A stretch of 64,000 nt of DNA from NCBI GenBank assembly GCA_034780895.1, contig JAUZTB010000076.1, positions 95,934,596-95,998,595 on the forward strand. The letters are read 5' to 3'. Origin of the DNA: Rhynchobatus australiae. Taxonomy: Eukaryota. Made by a program: the position numbers and the translations under genes. Below the pieces are notes generated by a model that did no database searches, was not told the DNA's origin, and worked only from the letters and a program-made list of their open reading frames with translations. Positions 62,635 to 64,000 of this stretch are shown here, piece after piece (position 1 is the stretch's first letter; every line of letters begins with the position of its first letter).

Positions 62635-63090
62635 TAAGAAATGGAAGCAGGATTAGGCTATTTGGCCCATTTGTGCCTACTCCATCATTCAATGAGATCA
62701 TGGGAGATATTTTCCTCATTGCCACTTTCCTCTATTAACCCCATATCCCTCGATTCCCTTAACATTAGAAATCTATCGATCTGTCTCGAATACTTTCAAC
62801 AACTGAGCATCCACAGCCCTCTTGGATAGAGAATTCCAAAGATTCACTACCCTCTGGGTGAAGACATTTCTTCTCACTTCAGTCCTTAAAGGCTGACCCC
62901 TTATTTACTGATTGTGACCCCTGGTTGTAGGCTCGTCAGCCAAGGGCAAACATCAACCTTGCATCTACCCTATAAAGCCCTGTAAAAAAAATAAATAAAT
63001 TTTTCATTGAGATCGCTGCTCATTTTTCTAAACTTGAGAGCTTAGGTCCACGTTCTCATATGACAAATCCTCCATCCCAGAAACCAATCT
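62635..63090 (-). mobile_element. CR1 LINE 3' end
   Basis: GAAGCAGGATTAGGCTATTTGGCCC...AGAGAATTCCAAAGATTCACTACCCTCTGGGTGAAGA, a typical CR1 terminal region in reverse complement. Confidence 0.85.
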
Positions 63091-64000
63091 GCTTTATGAT
63101 GCAGCTCTTCTGTGAGAATTCCAAATTAGCCAATGTGAAAATCTTTTTCTCTTCCAGTAAAATGTGTCATGGGGCATCAGTGCAGGAAAGCAGGTCAAAA
63201 CATGTTTATACTCATTAAATTGATCATTTTAAATTGGTTGAGTTTTTCAAGATAAGACATTAACCTTCTCAGTGTATATTAATATATGGCAGAGTTTTTC
63301 TTTCCCTTTAGTTTTCTATTACAACAGTGCTTTTTGTCTTTGACAGATTTTTGATGTTTCTTATGTTGCTGTTTCTTGCTACACTTAGAATGTGACAGGA
63401 CACTACTTTAGAAAGCCTGTTCACAAGCTGGAAAAGTGAGTACAACTGATTTCCCTTTCACCTCCAGGNNNNNNNNNNNNNNNNNNNNNNNNNNNNNNNN
63501 NNNNCCCCCCCCCCCCACCTTCCACTCTCCTGCGGTTTAAGTTAATGTGCTGTTTAAAGCAGAATGGATTCATCAGTAGAGTTTGTTTAGATTGTTTAGA
63601 GGCAGACTGCCATTGTTCTCTCCTGAAACCACCCTCCCTCCCATGTTGTGATTTTAGATGTGTTGATGACATCATCAGCCCATCAACATGCTGAAACTTG
63701 TTTAGTTCCACTTCCTATTTTAATGGGAAGTGGAGCAGCTTGATTTTAAAAGTTTCACTCCCTTCATGAAGGGCTCTTGAGAACAAGTACAATATTAAAA
63801 TGAGGTCCCCTACCAAATGCTACATTCTAAGTGCCCTCTTGGGCAAAGAGGGGGAGGGCAGGTGGGTCCTTTAAATCTATTCTCAGAATAGGTTTAAAGG
63901 ATAGGTCACTAAAATAGTTCTCTGGGAGTTGTAGTAGTAGTGGGGAGGCTGGAGCTGTTTAAATGCAGGAAAATTATTTACAAATTGTATATGCAAATAT

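Overview
Vertebrate genomic DNA, most likely from a cartilaginous fish (inferred from its CR1, Penelope, Tx1, Rex1 and V-SINE/Deu-SINE repeats), in a gappy assembly with many 10-N and 100-N gaps. The window holds the 5' part of BCL11A on the + strand: promoter and 5'UTR (~12.45-13.14 kb), coding exon 1 (13141-13195, MSRRKQGNPQHL motif), coding exon 2 (17811-18143, C2HC zinc finger) and about 46 kb of intron 2; later exons are not seen. The most unexpected feature is one intact 845-nt internal exon of ADGRV1/VLGR1 (two Calx-beta repeats, both splice sites present) lying antisense inside BCL11A intron 2 (42113-42957). It sits between a Harbinger transposase relic and an L2/Penelope relic, and no sister exons are detectable. 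It could be a recent exon transposition or an assembly artefact. Other points: a multi-uORF leader, a CpG-retaining ~11 kb domain inside a ~25 kb transposon-poor zone, two candidate structured intronic RNAs (26.5 kb and 46.2 kb) and decayed Penelope hammerhead relics. All homology calls come from recalled sequences, not database searches.
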